A DNA stretch of 62,993 nt, counting the filler, from Pelomyxa schiedti (lineage: Eukaryota > Protista > Evosea), in NCBI GenBank assembly GCA_020536535.1. It is 15 parts of 15 records of this genome, joined end to end, with 100 filler letters (N's around TTAATTAATTAA, not from the genome) between each part and the next. Parts side by side here need not be neighbours in the genome. Positions count along the whole stretch, not along the records: positions 15,699 to 30,032 come from JAHLWZ010001170.1; positions 30,133 to 31,188 come from JAHLWZ010002915.1; positions 31,289 to 43,762 come from JAHLWZ010000433.1; 12 more parts are not named here. One strand, given 5' to 3'. Both the position numbers and the translations under genes were made by a program. Positions 25,656-39,592 of this stretch are shown here, piece by piece (position 1 is the stretch's first letter; every line of letters begins with the position of its first letter). The notes beneath the pieces are model-generated. The model saw only the letters and a list, made by a program, of their open reading frames with translations. It was not told where the DNA came from and made no database searches.

Positions 25656-28600
25656 TCAAGAAGAAGATTTTATTGCCACTTTTTTTCTGTGTTCCCCACT
25701 GGTGCTAGAAGCAGTGGCCTTTGGTTTTGTGACCGTTTTTCTGGGGGGTGCTTTTGAAGGAGCTATTTGGCCCAAAAGGGATTCCAGCATGCTGTCCTGT
25801 GAGGCTACTTTTTTCGTGCTCCGTTTTGCTGCTGCAGCCGCCGCGGCTGTCTTTTCGTTCTTTTCACGTTCGCGTTCTAGCTTCTTTTGTTCTGCCTCTC
25901 TTCTTTGCTTCACCTCTCTGACTGCTGTCTGTGTTGTTTGGTTTTGAATAGTTAGTTTGTGTGGGTTGTTTGGGTGCGGTTTAAGGCATATACTTTCCAC
26001 AGCTTGCTGAAATCCGAAATTACTTTAAATAAGTCGGACACATTTGAGAGGTCTGGATCCTCTCCATACCTTGGATTAATTTTAGTACGATAACCATTTC
26101 TGGGCGTGGAGTTACTTGGATAAGCATTCGCGCAACAGGTTGTTAGCTTTGGTAAGGTTATCCTTAAGAGAGGTTTTTTGAAATGAGGCTATATCTAGAA
26201 AAGCCTGTAAAATGCCTGTTAACTCTCAGCTAATTACGGAACTGGGGACACCTTCATTGCAGCACAAAACTCAGTGTCACTAGAGTGTAAGGATTCCAAT
26301 TGTTGTATAAATTTATCTATGGCCTTCCCTGTCTTAGTGATGTCCTCTGTTACCTGAACTATGTCCTCTGGAGCGGGGGAGGGGGTGTTACAAGCCTAAT
26401 ACCGGGGTAAAAAAGGGAACCTAGTGAAGCAGCAGAAACGTATAGAAGTTCGTCGGGAAAATCTAGAGAATCTGGGTCGCAATGCTCAATGAGAGTGGCA
26501 GTGTGGTGAAGAAGAGTTGTAGCAGGTTGGGTTGGTGACTTCAAGTCACTAACCTATTTCCAGTTGGTATATTCTCATATCAAAATTAAGGTATAATCCG
26601 TTACTATAGGATGAAAGTGGTAACCAGTGCTAGGAATGACATTTTGAAACCATCAACTGCTCCTTTGTTATTGGTGCTGTTTAAGAAATTTCCTAACACT
26701 CGAACTATATGCAAGACAGTCCAGAAATGTGGGCAGTCTATAAGTTGGGTGGCAGCACCAATGAACAAGTCAACTTTCTTTAGTACATTGAGACTATTTG
26801 AACATTAGGATTAATGACACATACACAACCGTGGTCAGTCATAGCAGACTCAAATCCTTCTTTAAAAACATGGAGTTCAAGCTTTTCCTTCAGTCCAACA
26901 ATATTTGATATCTAAAGCAAATTAGTGCACATTAGCGTAGAAAGGAAGGTAGTTACCGCCTTGACAAATGACTCAGCTTTTCCCAAAGGAGCTACTCCAT
27001 CATATTTCACCACGATATCTACCTTGTAGAGATGAGAGTAAAGTCTGTAAGCTTACGGCAACTTCTTCCTTCTCGGGACAGTACTTGAGTAGCATTTCCC
27101 AGGTTTCTCTATCAAAGCCAGAATTTTTACACACAATTGAGTTGGCTATGTCTTCTGTAGTCTGTCCAATATTATGGGAATGCTTGCCATGAATTTCAAA
27201 CCATTTGCTTGAATTTACTAAGCATAATATTGATATTGTATGCTCTCTTTTGATCCGGGAGTAATGACACAGGAGCTAGCTTCGTTGCTGTCGTTGCAGT
27301 TGCCCCTGAGAAGTGTGGGCGCTTATGGGAAAGAAGGAGTTTTACCTGATACTTTAGCAGGAGCCGATTTGAACAAAGTTATTGTTTCTTGCTCATTAAA
27401 TAACATCTGAAAGGAAGCGTGAGTCTCATTTGCAGATATTTTTCGGGTTAGTACCTTTTCTGGTGGTAAAGCAAATGAATTCCAGAACGAATTAGACAAT
27501 TTAGCCTGTTGGAGGCCTGTCCACTGGAGACAGTTGGGAAAACCAATGGTATGAAAAAAAAGGGTGGTACATAGATAGGGCGCAGTTTTTCCGTAGTCCT
27601 TGGTACCACTGGGGTTATTACCATTAATTTTTATTGTGACAAAGAAGAGAAAACAAACCTGTTCCTCTGCCTCTCCCTCTTCCTTTACTAGGAACTGGAG
27701 GGGGTAATGGAGCACAAGGTGGAGGTGGTGGACCTCCGCCAGGCGGAGGTGGAGGCGGCGGTGGGGGCGGGAGGGGTGCTGGGGGAGGTTCAGGGATGGA
27801 TGCAGAGGGGGGAGGAAGTGGTGGGGGTGGTGGGGGCGGAGGAGCGGGTACTGACGGATCTACAGATTGTGTTTGTATATTAGAATCAGATATATGTGCT
27901 TCTAGATGGGTGCTGGGGGGTGTGGGGGTGGGCAGCCCCAGCATATCGGCACTTAAGTTGCCAGCTAGAACTGCCTCTATTAACTGGCAGGTTTTCAACC
28001 TGAGAATCCTTTTTTTAAAAAAGGTTGACAGAGGGAAAATACAGTTTTGGTTTCTCGTCAGCGGGTATCGATAATAGATGATTTGTGACAGATGATACAA
28101 CTTTACTGACATCAGGGTTTGTATGTACGGAAACAGAATTTGTATCATTGTTTTCACTGAAGAATTAATTCTCGATGATACCATATGAGTACATACACTG
28201 TATCCACTGAACTGGTTTCCGTAAGTTCTTCAGCTTTTTTGGCAGCAAAAGATTGGTCGTCGTACTCAGTACTTTCCATGAATAGATTCTGTTGTGCCTG
28301 AAGATCACTACTTGAAGTTGAGGGAAGAGATTGCAACAATTCTACTATCTAATAGAACAGTTAGAATAGAAGATATTCCTTTGTTTTCTAACCCCCAGAT
28401 CCAGGAAATGTTTTCTTAGATTCATTCTCTCCTCCAGCTCCGGCTTGGTACTGATGATGGCATTAACCAGCCGTAGAGCAGAAAACTGCTTTATGGTAAG
28501 AAAAATCTTTTTTTGTTGCTGCAGAACTGCAGGGGCGTCGCCGTAATCGATCCATTCCAGTAAAATTCCATAAGGAGATTTGTATCTTGAACCTAACGTT

Positions 28601-30032
28601 ATGAGTAATACTCAACAACCTGGTAAAACCTCTGGACAGACACTCTAACAAAAGGCTGCAAGACGGAAAATAAGTGCTTTTTATGGTTTCAGAAAACAAA
28701 CACCTTAGCCCCTTAGGTGAATAGACAACCAATGCTGTGTAAACATCAATTAGATGAGAACGCAGATATAAATTATCAGTCTTCTTAATCAAGTCAAACA
28801 ATAGAACCAGTGTTTCAGTGCTGTTGTCAAGGATAAAGTCAAGGCAACTCTACAGTTTTAGTTAGGAAGATCGTGAAAAAATTTCTGTGAGATCCGCAGA
28901 AACAAACCCTGTGATCAATCACAGTGTAAAAGCATTTGAATAAAATAGACTGCCTTGAAGCTACACTCAAATCGAATTGTCTTCGTTGCCACGAAAAGAA
29001 ATATCAATAATAAAAAAAAACTTGTGTGGAGACAAAACTGTTTTGGGAGAGACTCAAACCATCGAAGTGTATCAATGAATGATTTTAAGGCCCCGTGTTG
29101 AAGGAATTGTATATGCCATTCTCTATGCTGCAGTCAGTGAAAAGTTGAGAAACTAATGTATGATGCAAACGTTGATGTTTCGATAAGTGTTTTGTACAAA
29201 GAAAATAGCTCTGTGAAAGAGGGGCACCATCTCTTTTCTATCTTCCCCTCCAACCATACTGCCCAGTCCTTGGGGGTTACAAGTGCAGACTGATGGACGC
29301 ATTAGTAGGAAAATTGAACATAGAGCACGTATACAGCAACAGCCAATCGGTATTGGTGCAGAATACGAATTTTCAATCTCTGCCAGATGTCACTCACCTG
29401 TGCCTGATCTAAATGAAGAGTGGCAACTAAACAAACAACCTGAGTCTTGGGGGTGGTGATAACACGGTGTTCAAGATGTTCAATCTGTTGCCGCATTGCA
29501 ATAAGTTCTTGTTCCAGCTGTTGCACTCGGGCTTCTGGTGAAACCTTAGGCTCCTGGGAACTCCTTAAATGTATTTTCAATCGGTAACATTTGATACAGG
29601 TTTTGAACTCCGGACTTTGCTGAAGTATTCCTCCCATCGAGCATTCAACTCCTGGCGAGTCGGTTTTGCTGAGAAAATGCTGCATCCACCAGAAGAACTC
29701 AAATTAATTGGACTAGGAGAGGGAGACCCCCCTAAACGAGACTTTGTTGCCACAGATAATGAAGAACAGGAAAGGCCACTGACACGTGATTGTCTCCTTG
29801 ATACGTGTCCCACACCAACAGTTGCATTTGCATTTGCAGTTGTACTTGACGTCACGTGCGGAATCGAAGGGAAGCCAGAAGCTGCACCAGATAGCGAAGC
29901 GCCGCCCCCGCCCCCGTCATTATGGGAAGGCGCGGCAGGATCGTTCCCGCTTCCTCCACCCATAACCGTGGAGGCGGCGGCCCTCTTGGTAGTCACTATC
30001 ATCATCCCGGACCCGCACGCCGCCGGCTCGAC
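25656..30032 (-). CDS. Formin (FH3 region, FH1 polyproline, FH2, DAD-like tail)
   Basis: Polyproline runs at ~27715-27850 followed by KLRPIYW...SFW, GNFLN, AVDGFK, and terminal MLESLLGQI. Confidence 0.9.
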
Positions 30033-30132
30033 NNNNNNNNNNNNNNNNNNNNNNNNNNNNNNNNNNNNNNNNNNNNTTAATTAATTAANNNNNNNNNNNN
30101 NNNNNNNNNNNNNNNNNNNNNNNNNNNNNNNN

Positions 30133-31188
30133 TGAGCTGTGATGTGCTCACGTTCCAGTTGGAAGTGCCTTATCAGCCACTTGACTGCCTTTGTTGACTC
30201 TACCCCAACATTGTTTGGGAGGCATTCCGCAACAGACTCTTTGGTGAACTCACACATTGATGCTACCTTTTTGACTTGTGAGAAGCTGTCACCTTGAATA
30301 CTCTCTGCCAATATTCTGCAGAGGAGCACAGAGCGCTTTGGTTCGGAAATGTGGAACTTTTCGATGAGGAGGACGGGCGCTGTATCTACATTTTTTTTGG
30401 TGAGGAGATGCTCAATACAATGCACAACAGTACTCTCTGACACTGTTCTCACTACGGTGGGGCACGCCAAAAGCAGTTTGACACCCTCAACTCTTTCCTC
30501 AAATCGAGGGATTTCATGGCACACCTTTTCCAGAATCGTGGCTGCAAACGCGGCTTTTGAAGTTATCCCAAAGGTCTCATCCAACCACGATGCAATTGAT
30601 GTGTTGCTGCTGGCCAAAGCCACGGCAAAACAGTCGCAAATATCATCTGGTGACAGCTTCAATTTTGTTGAGAGCCACTTCGCAAGTGGAACGTCATCTT
30701 TCTTGCTTTTGCACGCTGCACAAAGCATTGAAAGAGATGGTCTGACAGAGTGCCTCTCGACAGCAAACTTGACCAACTCAAGCCCTCCTTCTTTGTTACA
30801 GAATTTACTGAGGTTCGCCTCTGTGAAAGTGAACAAGGAGAATGTCGACGTTGCCCACTCCAATACATCCACCCGGTTGATTTCATTCAATTCACTATAG
30901 CCTGGAGGCTGGCGCAACTTGAGGAGGGGCAATACATACTCACAGATTTTGACAGAGTCACTTCCCTTTCCTCCAAGGCAACCAACGAGTGTGGCGAGTG
31001 TACTCGGATTCTCAGGGAATGTTTCAAAACACCACTTGACAACACCCAAGTTTTCACTCTTGCACGCGCGTAACTGAATCTTCATGCGCGAATAGCGGCG
31101 GAACTGTGACGCCAAATCGAATGTGTTTACCATCCACTGAGCCAGTTCCAAGTGGCCCCCGGACACAGCAGAATGAAGCGGGGCAAAA
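30133..31188 (-). CDS. Ankyrin-like repeat protein of a lineage-expanded family (partial)
   Basis: GGHLELAQWM, NLGVVKWC, DDVPLAKWL, SIASWL and STKAVKWL parallel the 55784-58188 protein. Confidence 0.7.
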
Positions 31189-32039
31189 NNNNNNNNNNNN
31201 NNNNNNNNNNNNNNNNNNNNNNNNNNNNNNNNTTAATTAATTAANNNNNNNNNNNNNNNNNNNNNNNNNNNNNNNNNNNNNNNNNNNNAAAATGTATGCT
31301 TGAGTTCGTGCTGGAGAGCCCTATTTCCAAGTCAAAATGAAAAAAAGGAAGTGGGGGAGCATACCGGCACCTTCCCCCATCAGGCCCTAAATCAGGGGTG
31401 AGGAAGACACCCACATCCGTTAAAGTTAGACTGAAAAGAGGAGAAATGAGAGGAAGGGGTACCAAAAAGCCCTCCAGGTACTTTCCCAATTCCAGGTCGC
31501 TGTGTTGCTAGAGGGAGGTGAGTATGCTACTGAAACGCTCTCAACTGCAGGTGTGTTCCGAAGCTCGGATCCCTACCCCCATGTCCATCTGTGTTCTCCA
31601 CCACGCTCCCACTGCCGACGCCGACGGCCCCGCTCTGTGTCACATTAACAGCGCCAACCATAGCACCATCGTAACCTGCATAAAACGATGAAATGGCAGA
31701 GCAACATACTGGCGCCATGTCACTCTCGCGGCACTTGGGGTTTTTTTTTTCTTTTCCGCTGAGGCCTTAACCCCCCCCCCACTCGGGAATAAAAAAAAAA
31801 GACGTGGACGAAGCTGTTGAAGTCCGCAACACCAGCAACATCGAGGGTAGAGATTACACTGATCGTTGGGGCCAAGTCTGGATGTTTGGAAGGGTGGTGG
31901 CTCCAAGGCAACCCAAGTTGGGTGTTGCTTTGTAGTGAATTTATCTAATGCGGACTGAGAGGGGGTTGCTTGCTTTTCGACCACAAAGGTAGGATGTTCC
32001 CATTTACGTTTTGTTCCTTCTCACCTCAACTTAGGCTTA

Positions 32040-32830
32040 AAGCAGTGCGCAGATAACATAATACACTGTCAGCCAATTCCCCACTTCCTTTTTTTTAATT
32101 TCGTACCAACTGGTGTTCAGGCCTCCGGTATGCAGTTGTTGTCTGCATGAAGGCCAGTTCTGGAACCCAGGCATGACTCTTTTGTTTTCACAGACCACTT
32201 GAATGTGGGTTGACTGAAGGTACGTTCTTGACCTCTGATCACCTGCAATTAACCTCTGTTTTGCCAGCGAACTTGTTGGTCTGTTAATTGCATATTGTGG
32301 CTCTGCATTTTTTCTCAAGTAGAACCCACTTCACCGTTGTTTTGTCGGCCATTTGGCAGAGAAGGTACCTTCCATCTTCCGATTTGCATTTTCCCAACCT
32401 CCATGTGAAGGTACTCTGGTGTTGGACAATCAAGGACACAGCTTGGTTTTGGCATTTGCTTGTAGTGCTCAGGTCCGCGTCCCTATTTTCATTTCTATTT
32501 TGTAATACTTTCTGTAGTTAACCTTGAGCTTCTGGCCAAGAATTTTTCGGCACAGACCCAAGTGCAGCAGGATAGCCCAACGTTTCTGTCAGGGAACAGA
32601 AAGTATTGGTATGTCCTTCCTCACATTCATACTTCACTCTCATGTGTGGACAGGGGTCAAGCCTAATGTTGAACTTGCCTGCAGTACACTGTAACGGACT
32701 TAGCCACTTTGAGGCACACTCCATTCTCCCATTTGGATTTCATTCTAACTTGTGCACAGGTGATCAAACAACCAAGAACTCTGAGAGACCAACGAGATGT
32801 AGAATGCCTTCACTGTTGCCAGCTAGTGGC
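32040..32830 (-). mobile_element. Possible highly decayed Mutator-like transposase relic
   Basis: Across frameshifts: RVKYECEEGHTNTFCS, GGWENANRKMEGTFS, KWVLLEK and SSGL-E, in the order seen in Mutator-like transposases; weak. Confidence 0.25.
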
Positions 32831-33654
32831 AGGCACCATACCCACCTTTGCCAGCATGCACCCCTCCCCTTTTCTTCCACAGTCTCATGTGAGGTGCAGG
32901 TCTCAGCCCCAATGTTTCTCAAAGTTGCCGGCACTGTGAAGTAGCACCTTGTGGGTCTATTTCCCCTGTTCTCTTTGCACTGCAATCTAACCTATTGTAG
33001 TACCTAGCCTGACCTCCGCACTGACAGAAATGAAAACGCACAGCAGCATACTCTCACTGGGCCTACTACCTTTATGCTCACCTACATACAGGAACAACTG
33101 GCTGAGTACGGCAAGAAGCTTCTTCTTTTGCTTGTGCCTGCATGCAGCTACCCCCAACCAGCTGCCGGCAGTGCTGCATTGGCTTGCCTGAACCGGCACC
33201 CTCCTGTATCTATGCCCCCTGCTAGTAATACTGTCGCACCAGGACCTGGCCGATGCCGGCATCCGCCAGAATCACAGTAGCACTTGCCGGCACCGCAGAT
33301 GTGATTGTGGCAGCACTGCAGGCGGCACCGCCACAGCACCACAATAAATAGAACCGATCTGTTGGCCAATCTTTTCTTTTTTCTTTTTCTAAACCGGCCA
33401 TCAGCTGCCCCCCCTTCGGTGAAACAAAAGTTTTCGTCGAATGTTTGACTCTCCCCGTGGCTCTCTCTGCTGCTTAACTTGCTCCGTTTGGCCAATACCA
33501 CCGTAAATGTGCTCACAATACAACATTGTGCTTCACCAATCACGATATGTTGCAGCTGTTTTAAAATTACTTTCTCCAGGGACAAAACGTGGGGTGAGGT
33601 CGGGGTTTCTGGAAGATTAAAGTGAGCTCAAACAGGAGAGCAACTTTAAGTACT

Positions 33655-34837
33655 CTATGCGAGTAACAGGCAAGTTTGGTTAAATCGGATGGGAAGGGAA
33701 AGAAGCCAGAGCTGCCTGTGGTAGAAGTTGTTTGCCTCCACGTAGGTCTTGAAGGGTTCCTGCACACAAAACGGAGGTAGAAGCAAATTTAGGTACCGAA
33801 TGGGGTCTTTCTGGTTCGGGATCTCAGTATTTTTCTGCAAAGGATGTGTTAGAAGACAAACCAATCCGAAGAATGTCGTACAGTAAGCTCGTGGTGGTTG
33901 GTGACAAGAAGCCACTTAGCACCAGAGGCGGCAGCACTTTCGAGTGCAGTCATGATAAAAGCGTTTCCCAAGTGAAAGAGGGTGTCCCGAATGAGAACGG
34001 CGTCTGGAGGAGGGTCTATGTCAAGTGTTCCCCTAGTGAAATCCAGGAATGCAAAATGCCAGTGTTTCTTGTTGGCGAATTGTTGTCTGTGGTCAGTAAT
34101 GAGACCCCGGACTGCATCAGTTCCAAAGAACTCGATTGTGATATTGTGCTGCTCTTCCATGTCATCGAGAAACGTCGGCATCCAGATCATTGAGCCGCAA
34201 GATGCGTCCCATAAACTCCTCATGTTCAAGTTCAATGCCATGTCCTCAAGTGCCTTGATTGTATCCCGTGCAATCTTTGAGTTTGAGCTTGGAAGAGTCA
34301 AAGGCATGCAGTGCATACCGCAGGATCTGAGCCGGGACCTGAGAGTCCTCCTCTCCGTCCCCACTTCCTTTTGGCATAGATGTTATCAAATACCTGTGGT
34401 TCAGTTAATCCTTTCTGGCATAAAATGGGAAAAAAATGACCTCTGTAAGTTCATTGGGAGTGGATTCGGCTGAAAACTTGTGAGTGTACCAGAGAATGTG
34501 GAGAAGAACATACTTAAGCAACCAAACTCCGGGAAAACAGCCCCCTCGATGCACTGCTCACAGCGTGTTGGAGTACACAAGGCACAACTCTCTTTGCACC
34601 TGGGCAGTGGTGGAGGTTCCTTTGTGAGAACAGGGTCTCTGAAAGCCATGCAGGTGCACCCACCACATTCTGAAGGGGGGGAAGGAGGAGCAAAGAGAGG
34701 GCCAAGCACGAAGTATGCAAATAAGACCTTAGAGGCAAACAATGGGCTTTGCGACCAACCAGTTCAGTAAAAAAGAAGAACCAAACCTGGAAACAACAAA
34801 ACAGCACCAACAATACTACTGTATAATTATTCGGCAT
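33655..34837 (-). CDS. Class I SAM-dependent methyltransferase with N-terminal hydrophobic anchor and Cys-rich stalk
   Basis: VFDNIYAKRKWG...SGPGS, LWDASCG, GTD, DAVLIRDTLFHL, SGAKWLLVT and LNLLLPPF. Confidence 0.8.
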
Positions 34838-35052
34838 CGCGCAGAGAGCCTAAGAAGAAGATTTGGGGAACCAAAATATTTATGATATTTGGGAATTTTG
34901 TTATTTCAATTTGGGAAATATTAATCAACGGACCGGAAAGATTTGTAGAGTAGGCTAAAATAGTGGACTATGATCAACAAAGATCAAGTGCGTTTAAACG
35001 CGTGGCAGGTAGCCGTCAATAACATCCCTCCTCTGAAGATTCGCGTCTGTCC

Positions 35053-36793
35053 TCAGACGTGCATAATAGTCCACCATTGCAGGATGTGTGACCAGTTTGC
35101 TACCATGAATCCACTCGGTTCCACCAGAGTATCCTCGTAGTCTTTGTTGTTAATCGAAGGCAAATAATCTGTCGTAGTCGACGGTAACAATGGGCCTTCG
35201 GCCGGATCGTTCCACTGAAACATGTTGTCCTCATGCGCTTCATGTGGTTTATCTCCCGATCGCCCTTCTGCTGACACAAGCCACGTATGCTCTCCTCTAC
35301 GTTCCAATACTGTATAAGGTCCTGGAGNNNNNNNNNNNNNNNNNNNNNNNNNNNNNNNNNNNNNNNNNNNNNNNNNNNNNNNNNNNNNNNNNNNNNNNNN
35401 NNNNNNNNNNNNNNNNNNNNNNNNNNNTCGTTCCACTGAAACATGTTGTCCTCATGCGCTTCATGTGGTTTATCTCCCGATCGCCCTTCTGCTGACACAA
35501 GCCACGTATGCTCTCCTCTACGTTCCAATACTGTATAAGGTCCTGGAGTCAACGTATTCAGCTTTCCGGAAACACTTGATGCGATAGGCATGTAAACACG
35601 TACGCGGTCACCGACCTTGAATGACTTCGGCTTGAAATTGCGCTTCGCCGGTACGCGGTTATCCTTTGTATCGTTAATGCGTTCTCTAAGTTCGTTAGCA
35701 AATTCCCATCCTTTTTGTATCTGCTTGATGTAAGTGTGGGCCTCCTTGCACTCAATGCGCGTAAACGGTGCTGCAATTGGTTCAACAGGTTCTCTTCCGA
35801 ATACGAGTGTAAACGGTACTAATCCAGTTGCAGTATTCGGCGCTGTGTTGTGTGCATACACGATAGCAGGTATGATTTGATCCCACTTGACACTTTTGTC
35901 ACCCGCTTTCTTCAGTGCTCTTCTGAGAACGGAATTAACTTGTTCAACTCTTCCTATTGTTTGAGGTCTGTACGGTGCATTGACATTATGAACCGTGTTC
36001 ATGAATGTATGTAACTGTTCAATCACTTGAGCTGTGTTCCTTACGGTACCGTCAGTCATCACAATCTGAGGTATACCGAACTTTGAAAACACATGTTCCC
36101 ACAGCAATTTAGCTGTTGTAGCACTTTCCTCATTTGGAGTTGGAATACATATCCAGTAGTTTGAAAATACATCAATCACATTGAGTATGAATCTATTCCC
36201 ATTAGCGGTTGCTTTCTTACCAAATGGTCCAGCATGGTCCCATTGGATAGTATGGAATGGATACGGTGCGTAGACGTGTCCAGACACTGCATGTGCTACT
36301 GGTTGCTGCAACGTGTTACACTGTTGACATTCTGGGCAACACTTGACTTGCTTGTGCACATCGCTTACTATAGTATCCCACCAGAACGTTCGGAGTATCC
36401 TAGCGAGTGTTTGATCAGCGTTCAGATGTGCTCCTAGATCGTTATTGTGATAATATGCGAAAATCTCCCATCTCTTGTCTTTAGGTACAACGACACAAGA
36501 CGAAATAGAATCTCTTTTCCGATCTTTCTGACAATGTTTCAATAGATAATCCTCATCGATGAAATACCATGGCAACTTCCATGCCAATTCTGGTGATGGT
36601 TTGTCTCTACCCACCAGACAATTGATGATGAAATCCAATTCAGGGTCCGCTCTCTGTAAGTCGTACATCTCCTTCGGTGTAAACTCCTTACAGGCAAATA
36701 ATACAGGGTTCTCAATTGCGTGATCCTCAGTAACTACCTCGTTCTCTGCATCAAGAACGGGTGCTCTTGACAAAGCGTCTGCTACCACGTTAG
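35053..36793 (-). mobile_element. Ty3/gypsy LTR retrotransposon pol, integrase region (copy 1)
   Basis: NVVADALSR, HHCC zinc finger (H..LGAH...CPEC), D (WDHAGP), D (VMTD), E (IGRVEQVN), TGLVPF and GPY motif. Confidence 0.93.
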
Positions 36794-36934
36794 NNNNNNN
36801 NNNNNNNNNNNNNNNNNNNNNNNNNNNNNNNNNNNNNNNNNNNNNNNNNNNNNNNNNNNNNNNNNNNNNNNNNNNNNNNNNNNNNNNNNNNNNCGCGAAC
36901 TTGATTTCCTAAGATGTCAGGTCCGAGTGCTGAC

Positions 36935-38935
36935 TCAGCAGGTCAGTCTCCCAGTCTCGGAGTTCGTGCTCGTGCTCGCAGAGAGTTTGCTTGTGTATTC
37001 TACAGAATCACACAACAGCATGACCAGCATCAGCAGCCCTCTGGTACAGTGACACTGCTTTGTGATTGTCCTTCTCAACACCATCACCATTTTCATAACA
37101 CACACCAAGGTTGCACATTGCAACTGCTTTGTGATTGTCCTTCTCAGCCCCACTGAGACCAAAATCATAGCAGACACCCAAACATGAAACACAGGAAGAA
37201 TACCAGTGAATCTGACCTGCAGGACTGTTGATGGGGATGTGTTCATGGTACAATGATGCTTGTAGAATTTTGACAACACTGGGTACTGAAGCTAAACTTT
37301 GACTGTACGTTGAGGAACCACAATACAAGTTCCACAAGGCCCCAAAGTGTATGTGGGAGGACACTAGAGGTGGATTGGCATTGCCTCTCAATATTGCTGT
37401 TGACACAAGGTCCATTCAGCAATAACTGCTTTTTTTTTGTGGCCAGTCTGTTCAGATGAGACATTCAGGTCATTCAACACATGCATGCAGTGTGCTCTCA
37501 AAACTAAATCAGGGAGTGTGTTTCTGTGCTTCTTGTTGATGATGGCTCTGTTGAATTCCACATCTGTGGATGTGAATGATGCTGTAATTCCCATCAGTGA
37601 TGCTTGAATAGCATAAAAATCACAACTCTCATTCATTTGCTGGTGGCAAGGAGAGAGATAATGCAGAAGCAACAAAGCAGGAGAAAATAAGGGGTCAACA
37701 GAGAGTGCTTTGTGGAGGGTGTCAACACAGTCGTCTGTGGAGGAACCACAAAGAATCTGACATGTTGCCTTGCTTGTTAGTGTTCCTTGTTGTGTGTGAA
37801 TGAAAGTTTTGCTTATAAAACAGAGAAAAAACCTGCATCATTTGAAGGAGATGCAAAAGAGTAAAATGAGAGGAGTTCCAAAGGGCTTGGTGACTCGATT
37901 TTCAACAATACTTCAAATGCATCCAAGAGGGGCATTCTCTTGCCAGGGTCACATTGAAGCAATGAACGAACAAGGTCACAGAACACCTTTGGGAACTGTG
38001 GTGGTCTCATGGGAAATAGCTCCTCACTCTCAAATGAAAATGTGACCTTTCCACTTGAGCCATAACTGCCAGGGTATCCTGGAAGTGGGTGCTTTCCACA
38101 CATGGCAAGTTCAAACAAGATGCACCCAAGTTCAAATGATGGTTGCTGTGGAAATATCGTCGTTATTTTGCAGGGAATATATATTTAAAAATACCTTGTC
38201 ACAGCACAACATTGAAGTGTGATCAGGGTTCTGCCCGTACTGGGCAATTCCATTGATAATCTCAGGTGCCCTGTGGTTTCCTGTTGCTGAAATGACAGAT
38301 TCCCTACTTCTGGTTCTTGGAAATTTTGTTGCACACCCAAAGTCAATCAGAATTGCTTGTTCTTTGTTCTTCTTGTTGTTCAGGGGAATTCAAGAGGAAA
38401 AAAAAGATGGGGAACAACACACAGCAGAAATAACAACGTTGTCCAGTTTGATGTCAAAGTGAACAACACAAATATACAAAAACCCCAACACAATAACCTA
38501 CACCCAAATGTATCCATCCATTCCAAGATGAATAAAATACTTTGTGCCTCTTTGTTCTCTTTTGGTGCAGTTTCCCACCCCACCGAAGGAAACAATCCGG
38601 CCCTGCTCTTGATCAAATGCCAGCACTTTAGCCACTGATGGGAGGTGGTTGTAATACTCTTGGGGGATTCTGTCAATGAAGTGACAGAAATACCAGTTGA
38701 TGTTTGGGTGTAAATTGAAAAACATTAGTTAGAACACACCATTGGAACCATGTGAGATGCAGCTCACAAGCCTGAAGTTTGTGGTGACAACCACACTCCC
38801 CACCGAGTTGTGCACATCATCAACAGTTACAGACTGTCCCAGCCTCGTGAAGAACGTGTCACGGTCACAGATTGCATGTTGAAACTCATCATAACCAACA
38901 ACAACACCCGGGAGTCTGGCAGGTGTGTAACTCAT
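36935..38935 (-). pseudogene. PINK1-like kinase fused to helical domain and Sel1 repeats, with deletions and frameshifts
   Basis: GSNG, HPNINWYFCHFIDRIP, VHFDIKLDNVVI, LIDFG, RAPE, ELGCILFE, LLQCDPGKRM, then NLGVCYENGDGVEKD. Confidence 0.8.
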
Positions 38936-39592
38936 TATGCTGGCAGACAAAAACAACGGAATTGAATCAAAAAAAGGAAGGAGAGGAGGTATGACCACGT
39001 AGGACTGATGGATTGTATTAGTTGTGTCGTGACTGTGTTCGTTGAGAGAGTGTTGCAAACAGGGCTAATAAACACTATACAAAGGCCAGAGTGACAATAA
39101 TCACAACAGAGTTCGCAAAATTGTCAAAAAAAGCATTAAGCTCACAGAATTATATTATTCAGGTGGCGGACCTGTGGAGGGACAGTTCCTCTCCTTTTTC
39201 TTATCACCGTAAATGGATGGTGGCTTGCGGACTGGATGTTGGGTAAGAACTCTTGTATGGTCTTTCTGCTAACATGATGGCAGATAACCGGAATTGTGTG
39301 TCCACTTTGGCATTACACACTGGCAAGAGGTTGTTTTGCTCAGGACGGATGTGTTTGCGAGGGAAGAGGGCAGTTCCTTCTGCAGCCAAGATGCACTTAT
39401 CTGCACTGGGATTGTCACAGCTGAATAGCACAATGTTCTGTTGTGTTGAAAGTGACAGAGCCTTCAACAGGGGCACTTGTTCCTCACTGGCATCCCAGTA
39501 TCAATTTCCAGCAGAAATCAATTCACTCACCCATGTTTAATGAGTGAGTAAGACCCTCGTTCCCATTTGAGTGTTGTGTGTGATATTGTCTA

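Noticed and set aside
31766-31790. piggyBac-like TTAACCC end
   Set aside because: No matching inverted terminus found in the contig.
35207-35547. Direct repeat in the integrase tail as an LTR or real duplication
   Set aside because: Identical coding sequence on either side of a 100-N gap indicates an unmerged contig overlap.
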